Of a DNA stretch of 64,000 bases, positions 61,929 through 64,000 are shown one piece after another. The position numbers were made by a program, and so were the translations under genes. The notes beneath the pieces are model-generated. The model saw nothing but the letters and a program-made list of their open reading frames with translations. It was not told the origin of the DNA and made no database searches. This DNA comes from Phyllobacteriaceae bacterium (GTDB taxonomy: Bacteria > Pseudomonadota > Alphaproteobacteria > Rhizobiales > Rhizobiaceae), in assembly GCA_002708825.1 (NCBI GenBank), contig PAPF01000030.1, positions 59,365 through 123,364 on the forward strand. The letters are read 5' to 3'. Position 1 is the first letter of the stretch. Each line of letters starts with the position of its first letter.

Positions 61929-62825
61929 ATGGACGATTTCGACTGGAATCTGGTCAAGAGTTTCCTCGCCGTCGCCGAGACCGGTTCGCTCTCCGCCGCC
62001 GCACGCCGCCTGAAGGCCAGCCAGCCCACGCTTGGCCGCCACATGGCTGAACTGGAAGGCCGCCTCGGCGTCACCCTTTTCGAGCGCCTGCCGCGCGGGA
62101 TGGCGCTGACAAATGCCGGGACGGCCTTGCTCGACCATGCCCGGCGTATCGCCGCCGATACCGCTGCCCTGTCCATGACGGCGACCGGCGCAGCGCAGGA
62201 GGTGGCCGGTGCGGTGCGCATCGCCGCCAGCCAGATCGTGGCGCATTTCCTCCTTCCGGACATCGTCACGGCCCTGCGCCGCGCCGAGCCACGGCTCGAG
62301 GTGGAAATCGTCGCCTCCAACGCGATCCAGAACCTGCTGACCCGCGACGCCGATATCGCCATCCGCATGACGCAGCCGTCACAGGGCGAACTGATCGCCC
62401 GCAAGGTCGCCGATGTCGCCATGGGCGCCTTCGCCGCGCCGTCCTATCTGGAAACCGCGCCGCCGCTTGAAACCGCAACCGACCTGCTGAACCATACCGT
62501 TCTCGGATATGACCGCGATGACCTGATGATACGCGGCTTCAGGCAGATGGGCCACGCCGTCACGCGCGACTTCTTTCCCGTGCGCACCGATGACCAGGTG
62601 CTGCATTGGCGGCTGGCCGAAGCCGGTGCGGGAATAGGCTTCAACCAGTTGTATGCCGGCCTGAAATCGCCCCATGTGGTGCGAGTCCTGCCCGACCTGC
62701 CGCTTGAGCCGCTGCCGATGTATCTCGCAGTCCACCGGGAATTGCGCACGAGCCTGCGCATCCGCCGCGCCTATGACTTCGTGGCGGAGGCCCTGACCGC
62801 CCTGCCGCTGTCGACGGGCCGGTGA
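61929..62825 (+). CDS. LysR family transcriptional regulator
   Basis: 298 aa. HTH FLAVAETGSLSAAARRLKASQPTLGRHMAELE. Divergent from the NAD(P)-binding gene. Confidence 0.92.
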   Translation: MDDFDWNLVKSFLAVAETGSLSAAARRLKASQPTLGRHMAELEGRLGVTLFERLPRGMALTNAGTALLDHARRIAADTAALSMTATGAAQEVAGAVRIAASQIVAHFLLPDIVTALRRAEPRLEVEIVASNAIQNLLTRDADIAIRMTQPSQGELIARKVADVAMGAFAAPSYLETAPPLETATDLLNHTVLGYDRDDLMIRGFRQMGHAVTRDFFPVRTDDQVLHWRLAEAGAGIGFNQLYAGLKSPHVVRVLPDLPLEPLPMYLAVHRELRTSLRIRRAYDFVAEALTALPLSTGR

Positions 62826-62835
62826 TCGGCTCGGC

Positions 62836-64000
62836 TCAACCCTCGAACCGCACCAGCAGGTCCTTGGCGTCGATCTGGTCGCCGGACTGCACCAGCACCT
62901 CCGCGACCGTGCCGTCCCGCTCGGCATGAAGCGCCGTTTCCATCTTCATCGCCTCGATGGAGACCAGAACGTCGCCCGCCTTCACCGCCTGCCCGGCGGA
63001 AACCGCCACGGTGGAGATGACGCCCGGCATGGGCGCGCCGACATGGGCCTCGTTGGCGGCATCGGCCTTGGGCCGCGACTTGGCCGCCGATGCGCCGTGG
63101 ATGCGGTCCGGCACCTTCACCCGGCGCGGCTGGCCATTGAGCTCGAAGAAGACCGTACGCATGCCGTTCTCGTCGGTATCGCCGATGGCCAGGCAACGGA
63201 TGACCAGCGTCTTGCCCTTTTCCAGGTCGACGAAGATTTCCTGTTCCTGCTCGATACCGTAGAAATAGACCGGGGTCGGCAGCACGCTGACCGGGCCGTA
63301 TTCCTCCTGTGCATTGGCGAAATCGGTAAAGACCTTCGGATACATCAGCCAGGAGGCGAACTCGAACTCGGTGACCTCGCGGCCGAGCTTTTCCTCTAGT
63401 TCCGCGCGTTTCGCATCGAGGTCGGCGTCGGCAAGCAGGGCGCCGGGCCGCTCCGTATAGGGTTTCTCGCCCTTCAGCGCCTTCTTTTGCAGCCCTTCCG
63501 GCCACCCGGCCGGCGGCTGGCCAAGGTCGCCCTTCAGCATGGCAACCACGGAATCCGGGAAAGCGATGTCCTTCTGCGGATTCTCAACATCGGCAACGCT
63601 CAGGTCCTGGCTCACCATCATCAGCGCCATGTCGCCCACCACCTTGGAGGACGGCGTCACCTTGACGATGTCGCCGAACATCAGGTTGGCGTCGTGATAG
63701 GCGCGCGCGACGTCGTGCCAGCGCGTTTCCAGCCCCAGCGACCGCGCCTGCTCCTTCAGGTTGGTGAACTGGCCACCGGGCATCTCGTGTAGGTAGACCT
63801 CGGAAGCCGGCCCTTTGAGGTCGCTCTCGAAGGCGGCATACTGGTTGCGCACCGCTTCCCAGTAGAACGAGATGCGCCGGATCCATTCCGGATCGAGGCC
63901 GGGATCGCGCCCGGACCCCTTGAGCGCTTCCACGATGGAGCCGAGGCAGGGCTGCGACGTGTTGCCCGACAGCGCATCCATGGCCGCGTCCACGGCATCG
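62836..64000 (-). CDS. pyc: pyruvate carboxylase, C-terminal part (gene continues beyond the right edge)
   Basis: Biotinyl domain EAMKMETALHAERDG near the C-terminus, with the carboxyltransferase/PT region upstream. The ORF is open to the window end. Confidence 0.93.
   Translation of the reverse strand, partial: DAVDAAMDALSGNTSQPCLGSIVEALKGSGRDPGLDPEWIRRISFYWEAVRNQYAAFESDLKGPASEVYLHEMPGGQFTNLKEQARSLGLETRWHDVARAYHDANLMFGDIVKVTPSSKVVGDMALMMVSQDLSVADVENPQKDIAFPDSVVAMLKGDLGQPPAGWPEGLQKKALKGEKPYTERPGALLADADLDAKRAELEEKLGREVTEFEFASWLMYPKVFTDFANAQEEYGPVSVLPTPVYFYGIEQEQEIFVDLEKGKTLVIRCLAIGDTDENGMRTVFFELNGQPRRVKVPDRIHGASAAKSRPKADAANEAHVGAPMPGVISTVAVSAGQAVKAGDVLVSIEAMKMETALHAERDGTVAEVLVQSGDQIDAKDLLVRFEG

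Overview
High-GC alphaproteobacterial chromosome, with gene content and order typical of Hyphomicrobiales/Rhizobiales. Almost all of it is core housekeeping. Left to right: MBL-fold hydrolase, YmdB-like phosphoesterase, 5-formyl-THF cyclo-ligase with a candidate 6S RNA upstream, and two tandem small secreted paralogs. Then a MoxR AAA+ ATPase, a DUF2161 protein with a PD-(D/E)xK-like motif, a fatty-acid desaturase, metA behind a SAM-II riboswitch, a GNAT, and minCDE with CtrA-type boxes. Next come a toxin-first HTH-antitoxin TA pair, a CoxE-like VWA protein, an OafA-type acyltransferase, gapR (DUF2312), DUF1244, N-formylglutamate amidohydrolase, DUF1036, pyk and an SGNH hydrolase. The pgk-gap-tkt cluster follows, then DUF4164-zapA, nitronate monooxygenase, an ABC-F ATPase, and thiamine pyrophosphokinase divergent from TPP-riboswitch-controlled thiBPQ. 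After that: M48/LysM protease, rpoH, carD, fdxA, an S4-domain protein, a Suv3-like helicase, phbB-phbA with divergent phaR, rpmF, mtgA, ispA, a hybrid histidine kinase with two receiver domains, an SLT/SPOR transglycosylase, ispG and bdhA. The right end holds TetR with a 2Fe-2S/molybdopterin oxidoreductase pair, an RND efflux pair, DUF3309, a GFA protein, an NAD(P)-binding protein with a divergent LysR regulator, and the 3' part of pyruvate carboxylase. I saw no rRNA, tRNA, CRISPR array, transposase, integrase or phage gene. I found no convincing novel multi-gene system. The points worth a second look are regulatory elements, a few architectural oddities and one possible inversion. The many long ORFs antisense to real genes are GC-driven artefacts.
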